Below are positions 26,791 to 35,709 of a DNA stretch of 64,000 nucleotides, one piece after another (the first letter of the stretch is position 1; each line of letters begins with the position of its first letter). A program made the translations under genes and the position numbers. The notes beneath the pieces were generated by a model. It saw only the letters and a program-made list of their open reading frames with translations, made no database searches and was not told the origin of the DNA. The DNA is from an uncultured Lachnospiraceae bacterium (GTDB taxonomy: Bacteria > Bacillota > Clostridia > Christensenellales > UBA1242): NCBI GenBank assembly GCA_964600435.1, contig CAZRJB010000006.1, forward strand, positions 3,359-67,358, given 5' to 3'.

Positions 26791-27777
26791 TCATTTTGAA
26801 TTATCAGTCGTTTCCTTTGTGGTCGATTTTATAAATTTTTTATAAGCTGCTTGTTTTTCATCTGAAATTATTTGTTTAATTCTTGTAATGTCCATTGCTG
26901 TGTCGACGGCTTTTTTTAGTGTATGAACAGACTCTTTTCCTTTTTTTATATCTCTTAACAACTTGCGAAGATCATTTTCGTATGCAGTGAGTAAATAGTG
27001 CCAATCTAGAACTTTTTCGTAACTATTTCCAAATAATCTTTTTTTGTCTTTGCGCAATGATTTGTCTATCATAATTTTATCTATTAAATAATCTCTATCC
27101 AAAGAAGAAACACTAGTGTTTTTTGATTGAATGTGATATAATTCGTAAAGTTTTTTAATTCCATAACTATAGGCAACTTTTTCTGTTGGCTGAAAATAAT
27201 ACATAACCATGTTGTATGTATCTTCCAAGTAATCTTTATCATATTTTGGGTCAATATATGGGTTAAGCAGGTTGAATGTGTCTTCCATATAGTTGTTGTG
27301 TTCTGTGCTTTCAAATTCTAAATGTTTTAATTCGTGAGCAATAATATCAACCAAGGCATATGGAGACTCGTCTCCAATTAAATATTCTGGGTCAACATAA
27401 ATGCAAGGTCCGCTTTTTTCAAATCTTAACATTCCGCTTGTGTTTTCTGTTCCGTCAATTTTTTGTAAATCTGCAACAAAAACCATTGGGATAATTGGAA
27501 TATTAAGTTCTTTAGAAATTTCATGTTGATACCAAAGCATAAGTGTAATTCTTTTGCTTATATCTAAATTTTTCCAAAAAGGAGTGCATAAAAACATTTT
27601 GTAGTTATTTTTGTTGACAGAGAATGTTAGACCATCTTTCTCAATGCAAAAACTAGACACTTTAGCATTGTTAAAAATCTTTTTTAAAAAAATATTGTTT
27701 GCTTCTAAACAAGACTCTGGGCAACCGTCTGTAAAATATTTTTTAAACAATTCGTGAATTTGGTTATTTTTATCCAT
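26791..27777 (-). CDS. Hypothetical protein with an HExxH motif (possible metallopeptidase-like)
   Basis: 328 aa with no signal peptide. It has a single HELKH motif (IIAHELKHLEFE). I recognise no family. Confidence 0.4.
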   Translation of the reverse strand: MDKNNQIHELFKKYFTDGCPESCLEANNIFLKKIFNNAKVSSFCIEKDGLTFSVNKNNYKMFLCTPFWKNLDISKRITLMLWYQHEISKELNIPIIPMVFVADLQKIDGTENTSGMLRFEKSGPCIYVDPEYLIGDESPYALVDIIAHELKHLEFESTEHNNYMEDTFNLLNPYIDPKYDKDYLEDTYNMVMYYFQPTEKVAYSYGIKKLYELYHIQSKNTSVSSLDRDYLIDKIMIDKSLRKDKKRLFGNSYEKVLDWHYLLTAYENDLRKLLRDIKKGKESVHTLKKAVDTAMDITRIKQIISDEKQAAYKKFIKSTTKETTDNSK

Positions 27778-27905
27778 AATTTTTTTCCTACTTTATATAA
27801 AAAATTATACTGTTAAAATTGTTATATGTCAATAGGTGGAAATTTATTGAATTCTTTGGTGATAAAGTGGAATATGGATTTTTGTTCTGATTGGAGAAAC
27901 ATAAA

Positions 27906-28979
27906 TTAATTTGTTTTGTTTGTTTTATTTTTTTTAAAAAACTCTTCATTTTGCAGCACGATTTCACTTTTTAGGTATTTTTTTGCATTTTTATTGCATT
28001 TTTCTGCATTTTTTAGGTCATTTATAGAATAATAGCAATAACACATTTGCAATAGTGGATAATAGTTATAAAACATTGGCTCAACAAATCCACCCTTAAA
28101 AACAACATCAGGACAATTTGTCGCAATTTTATACCAATTAATTGCTGTTAAATATTCTTTCTTTTCCAGATGAATATCTCCAATTTTGCAACAAACATTA
28201 GCACGTGGCGAATCGTAAAAAAATGTGGAAACTAAGCAATTATATTGGTTTTTTATGTCATTTTTTAATTTATAACATTCCGACATTAAATAAATGGAAT
28301 CAATAATGTTTTCAATCCATCCGTTGCCATTGTTAATAAAATTATTAATTTCTTTTATGCAGTCGTCTAGTAGCCCATGGTCAAACAATTCTCTTGCGTA
28401 GTAATACTGTTCACGTGGTGTAAGTTTTCTATTTTTTAGTATTTTTTTATAAATATTTAAATTTCTATCATTATTTTTAATATTTTTTAATTTTTTGTGA
28501 TTAATTTCAATATTTTTTCGCTCAATTTGTCCAAAAGGGGTTATGCATTCATGGACCGCTCCGTTCCAAACTGCCAATTTGCAATTTTTAATTATTCTTT
28601 CTCTAAAAAATGAAAATGTTGGTTTTTTACCCATAAATGCTACATTGTATTTTAACATGTAAACATCACTGTTTAAATTTTTTTTTAGTTCCAACAGTTG
28701 TTTTAAAGATTTTTTTGGAATAATGTCGTCTGCATCTAACCACATTATGTAATCTGATGTTGCTTTTTGAAAAGAGAAGTTTCGGGCAAGAGAAAAGTCG
28801 TCTTGCCATACAAAGTCATATATTTTGCTGGTGAATTTTTTTGCAATTTTTTTTGTTTTGTCTGTAGAACCTGTGTCGACAATAACAATTTCATCAAATA
28901 ATTCTTTGCATGAGTTCAAGCATCTAAAAATGCTCTCTTCTTCATTTTTGACAATCATACATAAACTAATTGTTGCCAT
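27906..28979 (-). CDS. Family 2 glycosyltransferase with helical/TPR-like C-terminal region
   Basis: The N-terminus is ISLCMIVKNEEESIFRCLNSC...DEIVIVDTGSTDKT. The DxD motif is WLDADDI. The C-terminal half looks helical-repeat-like. Confidence 0.75.
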   Translation of the reverse strand: MATISLCMIVKNEEESIFRCLNSCKELFDEIVIVDTGSTDKTKKIAKKFTSKIYDFVWQDDFSLARNFSFQKATSDYIMWLDADDIIPKKSLKQLLELKKNLNSDVYMLKYNVAFMGKKPTFSFFRERIIKNCKLAVWNGAVHECITPFGQIERKNIEINHKKLKNIKNNDRNLNIYKKILKNRKLTPREQYYYARELFDHGLLDDCIKEINNFINNGNGWIENIIDSIYLMSECYKLKNDIKNQYNCLVSTFFYDSPRANVCCKIGDIHLEKKEYLTAINWYKIATNCPDVVFKGGFVEPMFYNYYPLLQMCYCYYSINDLKNAEKCNKNAKKYLKSEIVLQNEEFFKKNKTNKTN

Positions 28980-29298
28980 ATTATACCTTTTTAAGTAATA
29001 TATTAAACTTTTTCAGAATTGGTGTTTTTTATAATGCTATGAGCGTTTATAAATTAGAACTTAAAGCAAACATGGGTTACATATATGTTGTTTGCCAATT
29101 TAAAACTTTGTTGAAATATGTTAAAAACGGATGTACGAACATTTTTCTGTTACCCGTAAAAATCAAATGTCACTCTTAACAATCTGAATGATAATATTAA
29201 TTAGGTGCTGTTTTTTCTTGTTAGGCAAAATAGCAATATAACTGCCAAAGAGATTGCAAACAAATACGGCAAAATTTTTTATAGTAAATATGATATAG

Positions 29299-29333
29299 TA
29301 AAAAACACCTTAAACTCTCGTTGGTTAAGGTGT
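29299..29333 (-). terminator. Terminator after the recD2-like gene (hairpin is bidirectional)
   Basis: 9-bp stem ACACCTTAA / TTAAGGTGT with T-runs on both strands. Confidence 0.7.
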
Positions 29334-29418
29334 TGATTTTTTTGTGAGTTTCTAACATGTAAAAGCGATATTTTATTATTTTTATTGAAATTTAATGCTT
29401 TTTATAAATAAAATTGGG

Positions 29419-31665
29419 TTAATTTTCAAAAAGTTGTTTAAGTTTTTGGTTGGATTCCGTCAAAAAATCTTTTAGCATTGTTTGCCTTTTTATTGTGTTG
29501 ACATTTGAAATCATTCGTCTAAGATTTTTTTTGTTACCCACCAAAACAACCATTTTTTTTGCTCTGGTGATTGCGGTGTAAATTAAATTTCTATTTAAAA
29601 TTATTGGTGGACCACTGATAATTGGAATAACAACAACATCAAATTCGCTGCCTTGGCTTTTATGGATGGTTATTGCATATGCCAAACTCAATTCTCCAAT
29701 TTCTGTTCGCTGATATATGCACTCTCTGCCGTCTTCAAACAAAACAACAGTTTCGCCTGAGCCGGGGTTGATTTTGTGAATATATCCAATATCTCCGTTA
29801 AAAACCCCACTGCCTTCTTCGCTCGATAAACCGTTGTTTTTTGTCCAAACAAGGTCGTAGTTGTTGGATGTTTGCATAACTTTGTCGCCTTCTCTAAATG
29901 TTGTTTTTCCAACAAGCAATTCGTTTTTTCCATATTTTGATGGGTTGATTTTGTCTTGTAGGCTTGTGTTTAAATTAATTGTTCCGCTAGCGCCTGCTTT
30001 TAATGGTGCTAAAATTTGGATTTTGTTAGGTTCAACTTTTGCAAAATTTGGAATTCTTGCTGTAACCAAATTAACAATCGAATCTTTAATTTCTAAAGCG
30101 TCGTCATGCGACTCAAAAAAGAAATCTTTTGAAGAATTGTCAATGATGGGCATTTCGCCACTGTTAATCAGGTGAGCGTTTGAAACAATTAAACTTTTTT
30201 CGTCTTGTCTAAATATTTTGGTTAAATAAGATACCTTAACAATTCCACTTTCTAGAATGTCACCAAAAACATTTCCAGCGCCCACGCTTGGTAGTTGGTC
30301 TTTGTCGCCAACTAAAATCAGTTTACAATCTCGTGGGAGTGCTTTTAAAAGACTATTCATAAGCATAACGTCAACCATTGAAACCTCGTCAACAATAACA
30401 GCGCTAACATTAAGTTGGTTTTGTTCGTTATATACAAATGTCTGCCCGCTTCCCTTAAAGTTAATCTCAAGACCTCGGTGTATTGTTTTTGCTTCTTGCC
30501 CAGTGCTTTCGCTGAGCCTTTTGCTCGCTCTGCCGGTTGGTGCCAAAAGCATAACCTTGTTATTGTTTTGTTTTAAAATTTCTAAAATGCATTTAATTAT
30601 GGTGGTTTTCCCTGTTCCGGGTCCACCAGTTATAACGCTCACGCCGTTTTTTAAGGAGCTGTTTATTGCTGATTTTTGTTGTTTATCAAAATTTATGTGG
30701 TTAATTTTTTCAAAGAAAGATATGGCGCTTGAAAAATCTGAGTCGGTGGATGTTGCTGTTATGTTTAAAAGGGCTAGTTTTTGAGCTACAGAACTTTCTG
30801 TAAAATACATTCTTGTTAGCATTACAATTTCTCTACCATTTTTGTGCCTAAACATTGAAATGGTTTTATCGTAACCCATTGTGTCTAAAACTTCTTCAAA
30901 CTTGTCTTGATTCCCTTCAAAATTTAGCCCTAAAATTGTGCTAGCGCTTTCTAACAAATTATCCTTATATATATAAGTATTGCCAGTTTTTTCACTGTTT
31001 TCGGTTAATGTATGAATAATTCCGGCTCTAATTCTAAACAATGAGTTTGACGCAATCCCCATACTTTTAGCAATGTTGTCAGCAGTCAAAAAACCAATTC
31101 CATCCACATCTTCAACCAATTTATATGGGTTTGTTTTTACAGTGTCAATTGTTTTATCTGAATAGCAATTGTAAATTTTTATTGCCATGTTGACTGATAT
31201 GTTGTAATTTTGCAAAAACATAACTGAGTTCTGCATTTTCTTAATTTCGTTAAATGCGCTTGAGATTGAATCCGCTTTCATTTTACTAATTCCCTTTATT
31301 TGAGCCAAAAGATTTGGGTTAAATTCGATAATTGTTAGCGTGTCCTCTTTAAACTTGTCAACAATTAGGTTTGCAGTAACTGGACCAATTCCTTTAATTA
31401 ATCCGCTAGATAAATATTTTTTTATTCCGTCCAAACTGCTAGGGTAAATAACTTCATAGTTTTCAAATGCAAATTGTTCGCCATATTTGTTTGTGGTTGT
31501 TTTTCCTTCCAACCTTAAACATAATCCAACGCGAGCATCGCCTAGTGTGCCTACAATTGTTGAATAATCATCAAAACCGTGTTCGTTGTGTGATAAAACG
31601 GCAACAGTATAGCCGTTGTCTTCGTTTCTGAAAATTATTTCTTCAATTGAACCCTGTAATATCAT
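29419..31665 (-). CDS. recD2: RecD2-like SF1B DNA helicase
   Basis: The start is preferred at MILQGSIEEIIFRNEDNGYTV (31665). Walker A is GGPGTGKTT. DEVSMVD, the HhH-like N-terminal region and a C-terminal SH3-like segment match RecD2 layout. Confidence 0.85.
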   Translation of the reverse strand: MILQGSIEEIIFRNEDNGYTVAVLSHNEHGFDDYSTIVGTLGDARVGLCLRLEGKTTTNKYGEQFAFENYEVIYPSSLDGIKKYLSSGLIKGIGPVTANLIVDKFKEDTLTIIEFNPNLLAQIKGISKMKADSISSAFNEIKKMQNSVMFLQNYNISVNMAIKIYNCYSDKTIDTVKTNPYKLVEDVDGIGFLTADNIAKSMGIASNSLFRIRAGIIHTLTENSEKTGNTYIYKDNLLESASTILGLNFEGNQDKFEEVLDTMGYDKTISMFRHKNGREIVMLTRMYFTESSVAQKLALLNITATSTDSDFSSAISFFEKINHINFDKQQKSAINSSLKNGVSVITGGPGTGKTTIIKCILEILKQNNNKVMLLAPTGRASKRLSESTGQEAKTIHRGLEINFKGSGQTFVYNEQNQLNVSAVIVDEVSMVDVMLMNSLLKALPRDCKLILVGDKDQLPSVGAGNVFGDILESGIVKVSYLTKIFRQDEKSLIVSNAHLINSGEMPIIDNSSKDFFFESHDDALEIKDSIVNLVTARIPNFAKVEPNKIQILAPLKAGASGTINLNTSLQDKINPSKYGKNELLVGKTTFREGDKVMQTSNNYDLVWTKNNGLSSEEGSGVFNGDIGYIHKINPGSGETVVLFEDGRECIYQRTEIGELSLAYAITIHKSQGSEFDVVVIPIISGPPIILNRNLIYTAITRAKKMVVLVGNKKNLRRMISNVNTIKRQTMLKDFLTESNQKLKQLFEN

Positions 31666-31739
31666 ATTAATATTATAATACAAAAAACTCACAAAAGTAA
31701 AACAAAATTTCACTTTGTGTTTCTTAGAGATAAGCAAAA

Positions 31740-31755
31740 TGTTTCACGTGAAACA
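31740..31755. promoter_or_regulatory. parS: parS centromere-like site
   Basis: TGTTTCACGTGAAACA is a perfect 16-bp palindrome matching the Firmicute parS consensus TGTTNCACGTGAAACA. Confidence 0.9.
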
Positions 31756-31770
31756 TTTTTTTAAAAAAAG

Positions 31771-31798
31771 TTGAATTTATTTATTCACAAATTATAAT
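31771..31798 (+). promoter_or_regulatory. parAB promoter candidate
   Basis: TTGAAT (31771..31776), a 16-nt spacer, then TATAAT (31793..31798). Confidence 0.5.
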
Positions 31799-31840
31799 AT
31801 ATATGATATAATCTATAAAAAATAAGGAGGATAAAAGATA

Positions 31841-32650
31841 TTGGGAAAAATTATTGCTTTCGCCAACCAAAAAGGTGGGGTTGGCAAAACCACAACATGT
31901 ATAAATTTGGCTGGTTTTTTGGCATTGCTAGATAAAAAAATTTTGATTGTTGATATGGACCCACAAGGCAATGCTTCAAGTGGTGTTGGAATTGATAAAG
32001 ATAAAGAAACAAAAACGATGTATAATTTGATAATAAAAGAAAACTACATTGATGAAGTTATTCAAAAAACAAATTTGGAAAATTTGGATATTATTCCTGC
32101 AACGGTTGACTTAGCTGGGGCAGAAATTGACCTAGTGCAAATGCAAATGCGTGAAAATGTTGTAAAAAACATTCTAGATAAAATAAAAGACAAGTATGAT
32201 TTTATCTTTATTGACTGTCCACCATCGCTTGGGCTTATAACTGTAAATGCATTAACAGCCTCAGATTCTGTGATAATACCGTTTCAGTGTGAGTTTTTTC
32301 CGCTTGAGGGCTTAACTCAGTTGATGAACACAGTAAGATTAATCATTCATCACTTAAATTCTAACTTGCAAATTGAGGGAGTTGTTATGACAATGAAAGA
32401 TAACCGCTCTAATCTTGTTGCCGAAGTTAGTAAGGAAGTAAAAAAGTTTTTTGGTGATAAGGTGTACAACACATATATTCCACGTAATATCAAACTTGCA
32501 GAAGCTCCTAGCCACGGTGAAACAATTGCAACATATGACATAAATTCCAAGGGCGCGAGTGCATACTTAGATTTGGCTTATGAATTTTTGGATAGAAACA
32601 ACATAAAATATAAAAAACCAAACAAAAGAGAATTAAAGGAGAAAAAATAA
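31841..32650 (+). CDS. parA: Chromosome partitioning ATPase ParA/Soj
   Basis: TTG start preceded by AAGGAGG. The deviant Walker A is NQKGGVGKTT. Confidence 0.9.
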   Translation: MGKIIAFANQKGGVGKTTTCINLAGFLALLDKKILIVDMDPQGNASSGVGIDKDKETKTMYNLIIKENYIDEVIQKTNLENLDIIPATVDLAGAEIDLVQMQMRENVVKNILDKIKDKYDFIFIDCPPSLGLITVNALTASDSVIIPFQCEFFPLEGLTQLMNTVRLIIHHLNSNLQIEGVVMTMKDNRSNLVAEVSKEVKKFFGDKVYNTYIPRNIKLAEAPSHGETIATYDINSKGASAYLDLAYEFLDRNNIKYKKPNKRELKEKK

Positions 32651-32652
32651 TT

Positions 32653-33579
32653 ATGACAACAAAAAAATCAAGTCTTGGTAAAGGATTAGGTGCTTTGCTA
32701 TCTGCTTATGATGACTACGATGATTCTGTAAAAAATGTAAGCGCCTCTCAAACAAATGAAATAGAAATTGAAAAACTAATACCAAATGTAAATCAACCAA
32801 GAAAAATATTTGAACAAACGGCATTGGAGGAATTGGCTAATTCAATAAAAGTTCATGGTGTTATTCAGCCTCTTGTTGTAAATGATAACAAAGATGGTAC
32901 ATATTTAATTATTGCTGGTGAAAGAAGGTATAGGGCTTCTAAACTTGCTGGCTTAACAAAGGTGCCATGCATTATTAAAGATTATTCTGAAAAACAGATT
33001 AAAGAAATTTCTATTATAGAAAACTTGCAAAGAGAAGATCTTAATCCAATTGAATCTGCAAGAGCAATCAGACAATTAATGGATGAATATAAAATGACGC
33101 AAGAGGCTGTGAGTGAAAGAATTGGAATATCTAGACCAAACATCGCCAACACATTAAGACTTTTAACATTGTGTCCAGAAGTTATTTCTATGGTGGAAAG
33201 CGGAAAATTGTCTGCGGGACATGCTAGATGCCTTGTTCCTGTTCAAGATTATAATTCTCAGATTAAACTCGCAATGTCTGCTTCTGGCAATAGAATGTCG
33301 GTTAGAGATTTAGAAAAGGCTGTCAAAAAACTACTTAAACCAAAGAGTACAACCGAAAAAGAGCCTATGCAGCAAAGCATAGAATTAAAAGAATTGGTTA
33401 ATGAAATGCAAAGAACATTTGCAACAAAAGTTTCTGTTATTGGCAATGATAAAAAAGGTAGAATATATATTGATTATTATTCTAGAGATGATTTAGATAG
33501 GATTTCAGATATGATAAACCTTTTAAAGACAAAAAAGCTTACCCTTAAAGAGTTAAGCGAGTTCAATAAACGTAAATAG
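32653..33579 (+). CDS. parB: Chromosome partitioning protein ParB/Spo0J
   Basis: It has the ParB box IIAGERRYRASKLAG and an HTH region (QEAVSERIGISRPNIANTLRLL). Confidence 0.9.
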   Translation: MTTKKSSLGKGLGALLSAYDDYDDSVKNVSASQTNEIEIEKLIPNVNQPRKIFEQTALEELANSIKVHGVIQPLVVNDNKDGTYLIIAGERRYRASKLAGLTKVPCIIKDYSEKQIKEISIIENLQREDLNPIESARAIRQLMDEYKMTQEAVSERIGISRPNIANTLRLLTLCPEVISMVESGKLSAGHARCLVPVQDYNSQIKLAMSASGNRMSVRDLEKAVKKLLKPKSTTEKEPMQQSIELKELVNEMQRTFATKVSVIGNDKKGRIYIDYYSRDDLDRISDMINLLKTKKLTLKELSEFNKRK

Positions 33580-33595
33580 TTAATTAGAGTTAAAA

Positions 33596-33624
33596 AGATA
33601 GTGTTTTTTACGCTGTCTTTTTTT
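33596..33624 (+). terminator. parAB terminator
   Basis: 8-bp stem AGATAGTG / CGCTGTCT with two G.U pairs, followed by a T-run. Confidence 0.55.
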
Positions 33625-33703
33625 ATTCGTTATAAATCTTAGTTGGTTTTTAATAAAAAAGTTTTAATGATAAAAACATATTTGTTGTTAAGTTTGAAAA
33701 AAA

Positions 33704-33719
33704 TGTTTCACGTGAAACA
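33704..33719. promoter_or_regulatory. parS: parS centromere-like site (second copy)
   Basis: It is the identical TGTTTCACGTGAAACA, embedded in the same AAAATG...CATTTTT context as the first copy. Confidence 0.9.
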
Positions 33720-33908
33720 TTTTTTTAACGTTTTATGTAAAAATGGTTGCAATCACACAAATTGTATAAAGCAAATTGTTTAAAGTTAAGCATCTGTTTC
33801 TGCAAAATAGAACTATTATTGCAATAGAATTTTTTGTATACTTGCTTCTGAATTTCTCTATAGTGCAAAAAATATTTACCGTTTTTCTCGCATAAAAACT
33901 CCGATTAA

Positions 33909-34082
33909 TTATATAATCCTGCTACAGCAACTACCAGAGTTAAAGTTAAGCCCGTTTCCTCCAAACAAAATTAAAGCAAATAATAAAATAATTGTTGTGT
34001 TATTTGCTAAATTAATATCATTTGCATTTGCGAATAGTGCGATGAGAATTAACAATAAAATTTCTTCAGTAGAATTGTTCAT
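33909..34082 (-). CDS. 57-aa hydrophobic small protein (below the ORF-track cutoff)
   Basis: An AGGAGG SD (34091..34096) lies 8 nt before ATG 34082. The product is MNNSTEEILLLILIALFANANDINLANNTTIILLFALILFGGNGLNFNSGSCCSRII, ending in TAA at 33909..33911. Confidence 0.55.
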   Translation of the reverse strand: MNNSTEEILLLILIALFANANDINLANNTTIILLFALILFGGNGLNFNSGSCCSRII

Positions 34083-34248
34083 ATAAAAAACCTCCTTTTC
34101 GACTTAAAAACATTTTCTTCAACAAAATTTTATCTATAATACATTTTTAATTTTTAGCATATGTAAGATATAATTACAGTACAAAAGTCGTTACACTTTA
34201 TGCCATTATATATGTTAATAAAAATAAATTTGTTACAAGGAGATTATA

Positions 34249-34593
34249 ATGAGTTACATTTTATTAAACACGATTGAAGAAAATGAGATTAATAATTATA
34301 TTCCGTCTGAGAAAAAATTAAAAGAACTTGCATCGTTTTTTCAAAACTTTTCTGATTCTACTAGGCTAAAAATTATATCGGCGCTAAGCATAAACGAACT
34401 ATGCGTCAACGATTTGTCTGCAGTTTTAAACATTAATCAAACAACAATAAGTCACCAATTAAAATATTTAAAAAATCAATGTATTGTAGAAGCCAAAAGA
34501 GATGGAAAAATTATAAAATATTCTTTGCAAAATCAGTTTGTTAATGAACTGATGAACTATGCAATTGAAAGTTTGAAACAGTTAAATTTCTGA
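34249..34593 (+). CDS. ArsR/SmtB-family metalloregulator
   Basis: The wHTH is FSDSTRLKIISALSINELCVNDLSAVLNINQTTISHQLKYLKN. It ends in TGA. Confidence 0.8.
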   Translation: MSYILLNTIEENEINNYIPSEKKLKELASFFQNFSDSTRLKIISALSINELCVNDLSAVLNINQTTISHQLKYLKNQCIVEAKRDGKIIKYSLQNQFVNELMNYAIESLKQLNF

Positions 34594-34676
34594 TAACAAT
34601 TTTAAAACAATTTGTGTTCTGGGTTGGATTATTTTTAGGCAATATGTTATAATGTTTTTCAAGGAGAAATTACATT

Positions 34677-35363
34677 ATGAAAGGGAAATTAATTGTTATT
34701 GAAGGCACAGATTGTTCTGGTAAAGAAACCCAAAGCAATTTGCTTGTAAAATTTTTAAATGAGGCTGGTTATAAAACATCAAAATATGCTTTTCCAAATT
34801 ATAACTCGCCAACGGGAAAAATTATTGCAGGTCCTTATTTAGGGAAAGAAGGTTATCAACCGGCATTGTTTTCTGAGGGCGCAAGCAATGTTGATGCTTA
34901 TTGCGCATCTCTTCTTTTTGCTATGGATAGAAAATATAATATTCATGAAGTGAATGAAATGTTGAACAATGGAGTTAATGTTGTTCTGGATAGATATATA
35001 GATTCCAACATGGCTCACCACGGTGCAAAACTTTCTGATGACAAAAAGGGTGAGTTTTATAACTTTATTGAAACTTTAGAGTATGAGCTTTTAAAATTGC
35101 CAAAACCTGATTTGGAGGTTTTTTTGCATATGCCAACTTGGGCTAGCAAAATTTTAAAATCTTCAAGAAATGAAAAACCTGACCAGCATGAGTCTGATGA
35201 AGATTATTTATCTAAGTCAGAAAATGCATATATTGAAATTGTTCAGCAGCATAATGCCAAAACAATTGAGTGTGTAGATGGCAAAAGAATTAAGAATATT
35301 GATGAAATAAGCAATGAACTTTGTTCTTTAGTTGCTTTGTTTGTTTCAAATAATAATGCTTAA
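34677..35363 (+). CDS. tmk: Thymidylate kinase-like protein
   Basis: The P-loop is LIVIEGTDCSGKETQ. It also has DRY (LDRYIDS) and a lid-like region. Confidence 0.75.
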   Translation: MKGKLIVIEGTDCSGKETQSNLLVKFLNEAGYKTSKYAFPNYNSPTGKIIAGPYLGKEGYQPALFSEGASNVDAYCASLLFAMDRKYNIHEVNEMLNNGVNVVLDRYIDSNMAHHGAKLSDDKKGEFYNFIETLEYELLKLPKPDLEVFLHMPTWASKILKSSRNEKPDQHESDEDYLSKSENAYIEIVQQHNAKTIECVDGKRIKNIDEISNELCSLVALFVSNNNA

Positions 35364-35709
35364 ATCATGTTAGAGAATGAAAGTTATAGAAAGTGAACAT
35401 AATTTTTCGCTTTTTAGTTTCGCATTCTCTTTTTTTTTGCCATATTTAAATTTTATTGTATAGCAACGAGAATTTTCATTGAAAACATATTTGTAAAAAT
35501 ATCTGAGCATTTTGTAAAAAATGTTGCTCTTTTTGTTTTTTTATGTTACAATATTTTTGTTAGATAAAAAAACAACTTTAATACAATCTTCTACAAATTT
35601 CATTTTTTGATTAATATCAATTAAAAATTGAATTATTTCAACCAAGAAAAAGAAGAAGTTATATCATGGTTGAAAAGTCAAACGAATACACTTAAAAGAA
35701 GAATAAAAA

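Noticed and set aside
29205-29336. Short frame encoding ...NITAKEIANKYGKIF..., reminiscent of an HTH fragment; also the 69-aa ORF at 28970..29179
   Set aside because: It is only about 44 codons with no RBS, and it runs through the recD2 terminator hairpin. At best it is a decayed remnant, so it is not callable.
29222-29358. 45-aa Cys-containing minus-strand ORF upstream of the GT2 gene, considered as a glycocin-type precursor
   Set aside because: It has no Shine-Dalgarno, overlaps the recD2 terminator stem-loop, and lacks the paired C-x6-C pattern expected for glycocins.
33580-34248. 670-nt gap next to parS as a candidate oriC
   Set aside because: I found no TTATCCACA-type boxes. The gap is largely explained by a terminator, parS, the 57-aa ORF and divergent promoters.
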